DNA of 40,782 nucleotides, taken from IMG/VR virus record IMGVR_UViG_3300030397_000385, positions 1 to 40,782 of that record. One strand, written 5' to 3'. Position 1 is the first letter of the stretch, and each line of letters begins with the position of its first letter. Source of the DNA: a virus. Lineage: Duplodnaviria > Caudoviricetes. Position numbers and translations under genes: made by a program. The notes beneath the pieces are model-generated. The model saw only the letters and a list, made by a program, of their open reading frames with translations. It was not told the DNA's origin and searched no databases. Shown here piece by piece: positions 8,859 to 15,928 of this stretch.

Positions 8859-10951
8859 TTACTATCGACTTTGAGACTAGGTCTACCTGTGACCTCAAGA
8901 AAGCAGGAGGCTATAAGTACAGCCTTGACAGTACTACTGAAGCTTTGTGCATGGCTTTCAAATGGCCAGGCGACGAAGAGTCCTTTCTATGGCATCCTGC
9001 CTTCCCACACTTAGGTATTGAAGAATGTGAACTCTCTGGTGAGCCGCCTGAGATGGTTCAAGCAGCTCTTGATGCACTATTCAGTGACATTGCCAATGGA
9101 GCTGAAGTAGAAGCCCATAACGCCTTCTTTGAACGATGCATCTGGACAAATATCATGGTCAAAAGATTTGGCTGGCCTGAGATGCCAGCTAATCAGTGGC
9201 GATGTTCAGCATCCCGCGCAGCTATGTGTGCTATCCCTCGTGACCTTGATGGTGCAACTCGTGCCCTAGGCATGAACGTAGATAAGCAGAAAAGTGCTGA
9301 CGGTAAAAAGCTCATGCTTAAGATGTGTAAACCTCGTAAGCCTACTAAACTTCAAAAGAAAGAATTGGTGATGCAATATGGACCGTTTGAAGAAGACTGG
9401 CCAACACTGTGGCACGAAAGCAGAGAGATGTTCCAAGGGCTCTTTGATTATTGCAAACAGGATGTTATCGCGGAAGAAGCTCTATCTAACACTCTTCCGC
9501 CTCTCCCTCCTGAAGAACTTGAGCTCTGGCTCATAGACCAAGAAATCAACTGGCGAGGCGTGTATTTCGATGCGCTGATGGTAAACAAAGCCCTTGATAT
9601 TATTGCCGAACAAACGGAAATTCTCAATAATGAGCTATATGAAGTAACAGGCGGCAAGTTAAGAGCAGGTACTCAGCGACAAGCACTGTTGAAGCACGTG
9701 AACGAGAATAGTACTCTCGACTTACCTGACACCAAGGGTAAGACAATCAAACGGGCCTTGAAGAACGAAGAAGCCATGGCAACGGTAGATGATAACGTCA
9801 AACGAGTCCTAGAGCTGTGTATTGACATCAACCGCTCCTCAACTGCTAAGTATAAAGGCATGCGAGACAAACTCGTCCCAGACCAACGAGTGCGAGATAT
9901 GCTAATGTATCACGGCGCTGGTACAGGTCGTTGGACAGGTAAAGGCATCCAGCCGCACAACTTCCCTCGTGGTAGTCTCAAACCTAAAGGTTCATTTGCA
10001 GCCGCTGAAATCATTCGTACTGGCGACCGTGAGCTCATTGAGATGATGTGGAGTCCTAAGCTGTCAGTTATGGAAGTCCTATCAAGTGCACTCCGCGGTG
10101 CTATCATGGCTGCCCCTGGTAAAGAACTAATCGTAGCTGACTACTCATCCATTGAAGCACGTGTTCTTATTTGGCTGGTTAACGACAAGAAAGGCCTTGA
10201 CGTATTCTTCAGCGGTAAAGACATCTATATTGATATGGCCTGCTCAATCTACCATAAAGAATACCACGAGATTGACAAAGAAGGTGAAGAGCGTCGTATG
10301 GGTAAGCAAGCGATTCTAGGGCTTGGATACCAAATGGGTTGGAGTAAATTCCAATTCACGCTATTCGACTCTTATGATACTGTCATCTCTGACGAACTAG
10401 CTCAAACTGTAGTAGATGCCTACCGTATCCGCTACTCTAAAGTGAAAGCATTTTGGTCAAACATCGAGAAGTGCGCAATCAGAGCAGTTAAAAACAAAGG
10501 TAAGGTTGTTCGTTGCGGCGAGAAGCTACTCTTTAAGTTCAGCAACGGCTTCTTACGATGTAAGCTACCGAGTGGCCGTGTGCTTTATTATCGTGAGCCT
10601 AGAGTCAAGAAGAAGTCACTACCTTGGGGCGGAACGACCGACGCACTGACTTATATGAGTGTTGACGGTATGACCAAGAAGTGGGTTCGTACAGACACCT
10701 ACGGCGGAAAGCTCACGGAGAACGTGGTGCAAGCTATCGCTCGTGACTTCATGGGATTTGCAATCCGAGGTATTGCTAAAGATGGTAAATACGACGTGAT
10801 TGCATCGGTGCACGATGAACTGTTAGCTGAAGCTCCAGAAGGTCAAGGTGACTACAAGGAGTTTGAAGACTTGATGGCAACACTGCCTCCATGGGGTAAA
10901 GGTTGTCCAGTTGCAGCTGAAGGCTGGCAAGGTATTAGATATAGGAAATGA
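8855..10951 (+). CDS. polA: family A DNA polymerase with 3'-5' exonuclease
   Basis: Exo motifs IDFET, AHNAFFE, YCKQDV; TGRW; motif A ADYSSIEARV; motif B R..GK...LGLGY; motif C VHDE. Confidence 0.95.
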   Translation: MITIDFETRSTCDLKKAGGYKYSLDSTTEALCMAFKWPGDEESFLWHPAFPHLGIEECELSGEPPEMVQAALDALFSDIANGAEVEAHNAFFERCIWTNIMVKRFGWPEMPANQWRCSASRAAMCAIPRDLDGATRALGMNVDKQKSADGKKLMLKMCKPRKPTKLQKKELVMQYGPFEEDWPTLWHESREMFQGLFDYCKQDVIAEEALSNTLPPLPPEELELWLIDQEINWRGVYFDALMVNKALDIIAEQTEILNNELYEVTGGKLRAGTQRQALLKHVNENSTLDLPDTKGKTIKRALKNEEAMATVDDNVKRVLELCIDINRSSTAKYKGMRDKLVPDQRVRDMLMYHGAGTGRWTGKGIQPHNFPRGSLKPKGSFAAAEIIRTGDRELIEMMWSPKLSVMEVLSSALRGAIMAAPGKELIVADYSSIEARVLIWLVNDKKGLDVFFSGKDIYIDMACSIYHKEYHEIDKEGEERRMGKQAILGLGYQMGWSKFQFTLFDSYDTVISDELAQTVVDAYRIRYSKVKAFWSNIEKCAIRAVKNKGKVVRCGEKLLFKFSNGFLRCKLPSGRVLYYREPRVKKKSLPWGGTTDALTYMSVDGMTKKWVRTDTYGGKLTENVVQAIARDFMGFAIRGIAKDGKYDVIASVHDELLAEAPEGQGDYKEFEDLMATLPPWGKGCPVAAEGWQGIRYRK

Positions 10952-11151
10952 TTATGGATGTCAAACCTGCTAAACCAAATGACTGGATTTATATCTACTA
11001 TATCCGTGACAACAACCTGCTCTATGACCGCTCAGTATCTCGAACTGGCTTAGGTCCTCCACGAGCAAAGCAGAGAGTAAAAGAGCTGGAAGACCTAGGG
11101 TATGAAGCTTTCTATACTATCGGGGTAACTGTTAAAGGAGCTTTCACCTAA
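10948..11151 (+). CDS. hypothetical protein
   Basis: 67-aa ORF with ATGA coupling to the polymerase. Confidence 0.6.
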   Translation: MIMDVKPAKPNDWIYIYYIRDNNLLYDRSVSRTGLGPPRAKQRVKELEDLGYEAFYTIGVTVKGAFT

Positions 11152-11170
11152 ACTACTATTACGGCCGTTC

Positions 11171-11204
11171 GCTTGTTTACTGATGCGTGCGGTCGTTTTA
11201 TATT
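11171..11204 (+). promoter_or_regulatory. phage promoter GCTTG-TTTACT-17-TATATT
   Basis: Recurring motif upstream of RNase H. Confidence 0.7.
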
Positions 11205-11234
11205 TATACTGTCATTAATAACAGAGTAAATTCT

Positions 11235-11798
11235 ATGGAAAACCACCTGAGGATTTTTACTGACGGCTCATTCTGTCCTAACACGGGATGCTCTGGCTTT
11301 GGTATCTGTCTTGTAGAAGATAAAGACAGAAAGGCATATCAAAAGCATAAAGGCCGATTCCACTTAACTGTTCGCAACTCCGTCACTGCTGAATTAATCG
11401 CAGTATGCATGGGAGTTCTACATGCCGCTGAGACTGTTGACTTGAAGTCTTTCAAGACTGTGACTATTGTCACTGATGCACCAGGTATCCGCGAAGCTTT
11501 CCGTCGTATCACCCCTTCACAACGAGAACTATACCGTTTGGTGACAGCGGCTAAGAATATCATGGATGCTCTAGCTATCAAGATTAAGACTATCAAAGGT
11601 CACCAGCCTAAACACTCTAGCCACCAGGCATTCTTTAATCACCGCTGTGATGTGATGGCTAAACGTGAGATGCGTCAATGGCGTGATTCAGAGTTCCCAA
11701 TGAAGATTGAGAACGGTATCACCCGACGTCGCGAGAGACGAATCAACCGCGCTAAGGAAAAAGCAGCGCTAAGAAGTAAGGTACCAGCTCTATGGTAA
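11235..11798 (+). CDS. rnhA: ribonuclease HI-like protein
   Basis: IFTDGS, TAELIA, IVTD, IKGH and N.RCD.MA motifs. Start moved to ATG 11235, downstream of the promoter. Confidence 0.85.
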   Translation: MENHLRIFTDGSFCPNTGCSGFGICLVEDKDRKAYQKHKGRFHLTVRNSVTAELIAVCMGVLHAAETVDLKSFKTVTIVTDAPGIREAFRRITPSQRELYRLVTAAKNIMDALAIKIKTIKGHQPKHSSHQAFFNHRCDVMAKREMRQWRDSEFPMKIENGITRRRERRINRAKEKAALRSKVPALW

Positions 11799-13294
11799 TG
11801 ACTAAACCAGACCCACGAATGAAGACAACTCCTTATGCTCACCAGCATAAGGAGTTTCAACTTTCAAAGGATAATAAAATCCGCGCCCTATTGTGGCAAA
11901 TGCGTACCGGTAAGACTAAGCTCATCATTGACCAAGCTAGTTATCTCTTCTGTGAGAATCAGATTGATGGCGTGTTGGTCTTTGCGCCCAATGGTGTGCA
12001 CAGTAACTGGGTACTCCGCGAGCTACCTGTTCACGGTTGGGATTGCGTGCCATATAACGCATTCTACTACTCTCACCCTAAGCGAGACGCTAGACAACCT
12101 GAGTTCAAAGGTGCTCTTGAGTCTATACTAGGCATGAAGATGGGCGTTCTAACTATCCCTATTGACTCGTTACAATTTGACCAATGTAAGGCTCACATCA
12201 TCCGCTGGATGAAACGATACCCTCGCTTTATGGTAGTATTTGACGAATCCCACAAGTTTGGCACGCCCGGCTCCAAACGCACGAAGCGAGCCAGGGGCTT
12301 AGCGAAGCGAGCCTCTCATAAGCGTATCTTGACCGGTTCCGTCATGGACAACAGTCCATTAAAGTGCTTCAGCCAATATGAACTGCTTGCGCCAGGTCTA
12401 CTTGGGTTTGATAAGTATGACGACTTCAAGAACTTCTATGCCACGTATGAAGATGGCTATGGAGCTGGCGGTCGAACCTTCCCTAAGCTCAAAGAGTACA
12501 AGAACCTGGACAACTTACGCATGAAGCTTGCAAAATACTCAAGTTTAGTGCGGCGTTCAGACTGTGAAGACCTTCCGGAGCTAATCGAGAAGCCGATGTA
12601 CCTCGAACTGTCTCCGAAGCAAGAAGCTAAGTACCGTGAAGCAATAGATGAATTATGCGTGACGCTTCAAACCCAGGACCTAGATGATATAGTTGTTGAA
12701 ATCCTGGAAGGCGGTCCACTCAACATCAAACTTCAGACTATCACCAGCGGATTCATCAAAGATACTGAGGCCAATGAAATCTATGAAATCGTCAAGCCTA
12801 AAGACAATCCAAAGGTAATAGCGCTTAAAGAGCTGCTAGAAGATACCGACGAAAAGGTAATTATCTGGTGTAACTTCCGCTATGACATTGAAATGCTGTA
12901 TAAGGAACTTAAGCAGTATAATCCAGTGCGCTATTATGGAGGCGTGAAAGAAGATGAGAAGAACGACGCTATCGATAGCTTTAGAGATGACCCTAAAACC
13001 CGACTCTTCATCGGACAGCCTATGTCCGCGGGGGAAGGTCTCAACCTTTCAGCAGCGGGCGGTATGGTTTGGTATTCACATACCTATAACGCGGAAGTGC
13101 GTAATCAGGCAAACGAGAGAGCAACTGTTGTGGGAGGTAATTCAGTCTGGCTCACAGACCTCATCTACCCTGGACTCGTTGAAACAAGAATTATTGAGAA
13201 CCTTATTGCCAAGGCCGAAGTACGTGAATCAGTTGTTGGTCAAGCATTACGAGACTACTTAGACGCGATAGACCAAGCGTATTTAGCTAAATAA
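11792..13294 (+). CDS. SNF2-like (DEAD/DEAH superfamily 2) helicase
   Basis: PYAHQ, MRTGKT, FDESH, ILTGS, KVIIWC.F, GEGLNL and QA.ER motifs. Confidence 0.9.
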   Translation: MVMTKPDPRMKTTPYAHQHKEFQLSKDNKIRALLWQMRTGKTKLIIDQASYLFCENQIDGVLVFAPNGVHSNWVLRELPVHGWDCVPYNAFYYSHPKRDARQPEFKGALESILGMKMGVLTIPIDSLQFDQCKAHIIRWMKRYPRFMVVFDESHKFGTPGSKRTKRARGLAKRASHKRILTGSVMDNSPLKCFSQYELLAPGLLGFDKYDDFKNFYATYEDGYGAGGRTFPKLKEYKNLDNLRMKLAKYSSLVRRSDCEDLPELIEKPMYLELSPKQEAKYREAIDELCVTLQTQDLDDIVVEILEGGPLNIKLQTITSGFIKDTEANEIYEIVKPKDNPKVIALKELLEDTDEKVIIWCNFRYDIEMLYKELKQYNPVRYYGGVKEDEKNDAIDSFRDDPKTRLFIGQPMSAGEGLNLSAAGGMVWYSHTYNAEVRNQANERATVVGGNSVWLTDLIYPGLVETRIIENLIAKAEVRESVVGQALRDYLDAIDQAYLAK

Positions 13295-13300
13295 TCATTT

Positions 13301-13334
13301 GCTGGTTAACAACTCAACTAAGAGTGTTTATAGT
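13301..13334 (+). promoter_or_regulatory. phage promoter GCTGG-TTAACA-17-TATAGT
   Basis: Recurring motif; likely drives the 13386 gene plus the RNA cluster. Confidence 0.7.
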
Positions 13335-13385
13335 TTAATTCAACTTAAGCGATGACGCAGACTAACAAACAAGAGGAACTCGATT

Positions 13386-13787
13386 ATGGCTGAGAATAAA
13401 GGTAAAGGTGTTGGTAAAGCAGGTGATAAAGCAAAAGACGAAGTAGTGAAAAAACCTCGCGGTCGTCAGCCTTCTGAAGGTCCAACTATCGCAAGCGTTG
13501 CTACTGCAGCAATCCTAGCGGGTAAAGACAACGACGAAGCACTAGCTGAAGTGCTTAAAGCCTTCCCTGATGCGAAGACTAAGAAAGCTTCCATCAACTG
13601 GTACCGTAACAAAATCCGTGAAGAAAACCCGAAGGTGCAAACTTCACGTGACATCACTAAAGCTCGCAACGCTGAAAAGAAAGCGGCTGAAAAGAAAGCT
13701 AAAGCTGAAGCGAAAGCCGCAGAAAAAGCAGAAAAAGCTAAAAAAGGTGGTGACAAAAAAGGTGATGCAGTAGACCCTACTGCTTAA
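13386..13787 (+). CDS. basic Lys/Ala-rich putative nucleic-acid-binding protein
   Basis: KKPRGRQP (AT-hook-like), helical core SINWYRNKIR, KA-rich tail; ends in VDPTA. Confidence 0.8.
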   Translation: MAENKGKGVGKAGDKAKDEVVKKPRGRQPSEGPTIASVATAAILAGKDNDEALAEVLKAFPDAKTKKASINWYRNKIREENPKVQTSRDITKARNAEKKAAEKKAKAEAKAAEKAEKAKKGGDKKGDAVDPTA

Positions 13788-13788
13788 C

Positions 13789-13830
13789 CGGGTAGCCCTC
13801 TGGCCTCCTTAAGCTTACAGAGGGCAACTC
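13789..13830 (+). ncRNA. hairpin displaying an anti-Shine-Dalgarno loop
   Basis: GCCCTCTG (13795-13802) / CAGAGGGC (13818-13825) with loop GCCTCCTTAAGCTTA. Confidence 0.5.
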
Positions 13831-13953
13831 GAAAGGCTCTTAAATTCTAATCAATAGACTAGCGTGGATGTGACAAGTTACCTGCTGCCACGATAATGAC
13901 GGGTAAGAGATTAGAAGTCTAGGAGTATCTCCAGACAGAGAGTCTTTCGAGTT
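13826..13953 (+). ncRNA. 128-nt multi-stem structured RNA with a possible pseudoknot, abutting the tRNA
   Basis: 15-bp closing stem AACTCGAAAGGCTCT/AGAGTCTTTCGAGTT (one G-U). Inner stems TTCTAATC/GATTAGAA, CGTGG/CCACG and GTCT-GGAG/CTCC-AGAC. TTACCTG/CGGGTAA crosses the CGTGG stem. Confidence 0.6.
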
Positions 13954-14029
13954 GATGGATTAACTCAGTTGGTAGAGTGCTTGACTGTTAATCAAGGAGT
14001 CGCGGGTTCGAGTCCCGCATCCATCGCCA
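13954..14029 (+). tRNA. tRNA-Asn (GTT)
   Basis: Acceptor GATGGAT/ATCCATC, D arm ACTC/GAGT, anticodon arm CTTGA-CTGTTAA-TCAAG, T arm GCGGG-TTCGAGT-CCCGC, encoded CCA; 76 nt. Confidence 0.97.
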
Positions 14030-14047
14030 ACGTTCAGGAGTAAGTTT

Positions 14048-14245
14048 ATGAAACTTATTGACAACTGGAAATCAGCCCTTAAGATGCACTCAGTTCAGAT
14101 TGCTCTTATTTACACCATTGCTGAGTGGTGGCTAGCTGATAACGTAGTTCCACAAACAGCATCGGAATGGGTTTACCGCCTTATGGGCTTAGTGTTCATC
14201 ATGTTCCGCTTACTGTCTCAGCCTGAGCTCCATAAAAAGAGCTAG
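14048..14245 (+). CDS. small two-TM holin-like membrane protein
   Basis: MKLIDNWK..LKMHSVQ...RLLSQ pattern typical of a phage holin-like family; two hydrophobic segments; AGGAG RBS. Confidence 0.75.
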   Translation: MKLIDNWKSALKMHSVQIALIYTIAEWWLADNVVPQTASEWVYRLMGLVFIMFRLLSQPELHKKS

Positions 14246-14250
14246 AGTTA

Positions 14251-14470
14251 GGGAGTACCGCAATTCTCCCCGGCTATCACTTAAGGTCCACTAGACATGC
14301 TACCTTGAGTGCATAGCTGCTAGCCCTCTAGATTGTAACTGCTATCACCGTTTACCGACCGTGAGACCGAAGTTACGCCAGTCGAGAGTCTAGAGGGCTA
14401 CCAGCTATGAGAATAGCACACAACCATCCGATTAACCACCGATGATTGTTTCTACGTATTGTGTAAGTAA
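14251..14470 (+). ncRNA. array of hairpins / structured RNA
   Basis: GGGAG/CTCCC; CACTTAAGGT/ACCTTGAGTG; ~20-bp CATAGCTG-C-TAGCCCTCTAGA / TCTAGAGGGCTA-C-CAGCTATG with inner GTAACT/AGTTAC and TCAC/GTGA; ACAA-C-CATC/GATG-A-TTGT. No ORF in the track. Confidence 0.6.
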
Positions 14471-14472
14471 TT

Positions 14473-14502
14473 AAAAGGCTCCCTTGTCACGGGAGCTTTT
14501 TT
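14473..14502 (+). terminator. intrinsic terminator closing the RNA cluster
   Basis: AAAAG-GCTCCC-TTGTCAC-GGGAGC-TTTTTT. Confidence 0.85.
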
Positions 14503-14513
14503 ATTGGCTTAAT

Positions 14514-14547
14514 GTTTGATTACTTCAGCGGTTATGCAGTCTATTAT
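14514..14547 (+). promoter_or_regulatory. phage promoter variant GTTTG-ATTACT-17-TATTAT
   Basis: Same spacing as the other copies, directly after the terminator. Confidence 0.5.
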
Positions 14548-14580
14548 TACAGTATCTTTAAACGACAACGAGACCTGAAT

Positions 14581-15195
14581 ATGGCTGCTACCAATAACAT
14601 GAATGCGTGGACTGCTCTCGAAGACAATATACTTCTTAATCACGGCGCCACTACTCCAAATAAACTCCTGGTCGGTATGCTACCTGGCCGTACAATAGGA
14701 GCCATTAAAGGCCGTCTACATAAACTCAACATCCGCAAGGACTCCAACAAAGAGTATTCTAAAGACTATACTCCTGAGGAGGACCAAATTCTTCGTCGCT
14801 GGTTCAAGCTCATTGGTGCTGAGACGGTTCAACAGCGTTACCTCTCACACCGTACTAAAGTAAGTATCTACTCTCGTGCACAGCGTCTAGGTCTGACAGA
14901 GCGCAATTGTATGCTGCCTGATGAAGACATTGACCTGATTATGGCACTGTTCATGGACCCTGAGATGACCTGTTCAGACATTGCAGAGAAGTTCGAGCTC
15001 TCTTCGAATTATGTGCATCGAATCTGCTACATGAAGCTTGAGGAATTCTATGACCAAGGTAGAATTACTGAATACCAATACTTGCGAACTCAGGTTTTAC
15101 GAATCGGCAAATCTGCCCATCGAGTCAAGTACCTTGACCGCCTTGAAAACCTGATTAAAGCTAACTGTTATGGAATGGAGAAAGCCTATGCTTGA
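14581..15195 (+). CDS. Myb/SANT-like repeat HTH protein
   Basis: WTALEDNIL..LPGRTIGAIKGRL.KL and YTPEEDQIL..L.HRT..SIYSRA.RLGL repeats, plus HTH CSDIAEKFELSSNYVHRI. Start moved from 14512. Confidence 0.75.
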   Translation: MAATNNMNAWTALEDNILLNHGATTPNKLLVGMLPGRTIGAIKGRLHKLNIRKDSNKEYSKDYTPEEDQILRRWFKLIGAETVQQRYLSHRTKVSIYSRAQRLGLTERNCMLPDEDIDLIMALFMDPEMTCSDIAEKFELSSNYVHRICYMKLEEFYDQGRITEYQYLRTQVLRIGKSAHRVKYLDRLENLIKANCYGMEKAYA

Positions 15196-15862
15196 TTTAT
15201 TAGACGCTCCTCGATTTGTAGAGCAGAAGACCTTGGTTCGACAAGGGCACCGCCAACCTAACTGGACACAGGAAGAGTATGAAATCCTTGAGAAACTGTA
15301 TCCTCGGGCTCCTAAAGAAGAAGTCTTAGCTGCATTACCAGGCCGAAATTGGGGTGGTATCAAAGTCAAAGCTACTCTCCGCAAAATCCGTCGTAGTTTA
15401 GATGTGATTGAAGCTGTGACAGGCGAGCGTTGGACCGAGTCTGAACTTAGTTGCTTAGAACTGTTCTACCCTTATGCACCGCGACATGTAATTGAAGCCA
15501 TCTGGCCTCAGCATTCCTGGAGTTCTATTCAGTCTGCAGCGCACCGTCAAAGCATTACTCGTTGCACTGGACAATACCGTTTAAGCCTACATGAGCGCGA
15601 TACTATCAAAGCTATTAACGAATTGGGTAAAGTAGAAACAATGCGCCGCCTACCAGGGCTTGAATGGCGATTTATTCAACGCCGTGCTCAACAGATGGGT
15701 GTCTCAATGGAGTACTTGCCCAATAAAGACATGGAAATACTTTGGGATATGTTCCTTAAAGGCTATTCTTCTAAAGACATTCAGACCATGATTTGCGTCG
15801 TTCCGCAGGCTTATGGCAGAGCTCTTAACCACTTGAAAAAGAAGTATAACTACCTGGACTAA
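15188..15862 (+). CDS. Myb/SANT-like repeat HTH protein (paralogue)
   Basis: WTQEEYEILEKLYP..LPGRNW..IK.KA, WTESEL..L..FYP..HSWSSIQ.AA and a third degenerate repeat. GGAG precedes ATG 15188. Confidence 0.75.
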   Translation: MLDLLDAPRFVEQKTLVRQGHRQPNWTQEEYEILEKLYPRAPKEEVLAALPGRNWGGIKVKATLRKIRRSLDVIEAVTGERWTESELSCLELFYPYAPRHVIEAIWPQHSWSSIQSAAHRQSITRCTGQYRLSLHERDTIKAINELGKVETMRRLPGLEWRFIQRRAQQMGVSMEYLPNKDMEILWDMFLKGYSSKDIQTMICVVPQAYGRALNHLKKKYNYLD

Positions 15863-15867
15863 TGCAA

Positions 15868-15896
15868 GGTTACTTATCGCCGAATAATAGTATAAT
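15868..15896 (+). promoter_or_regulatory. sigma70-like promoter GGTTAC-17-TATAAT
   Basis: Perfect -10 box in the intergenic gap. Confidence 0.6.
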
Positions 15897-15928
15897 TATC
15901 TTAAATCAACGACACAAGAGCACAAACT

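Noticed and set aside
13863-13906. Pistol ribozyme or SAM-II-like riboswitch (CGTGG/CCACG pseudoknot)
   Set aside because: Loop length and conserved core nucleotides do not fit, and no gene lies directly downstream to regulate.
14030-14047. tRNA-associated theta (HDV-like) ribozyme
   Set aside because: Only 18 nt, containing an RBS, follow the CCA; there is no room for the fold.
13826-14409. Retron msr-msd or DGR template suggested by long terminal inverted repeats
   Set aside because: No reverse transcriptase (YADD/YxDD) ORF and no TR/VR pair seen in the window.
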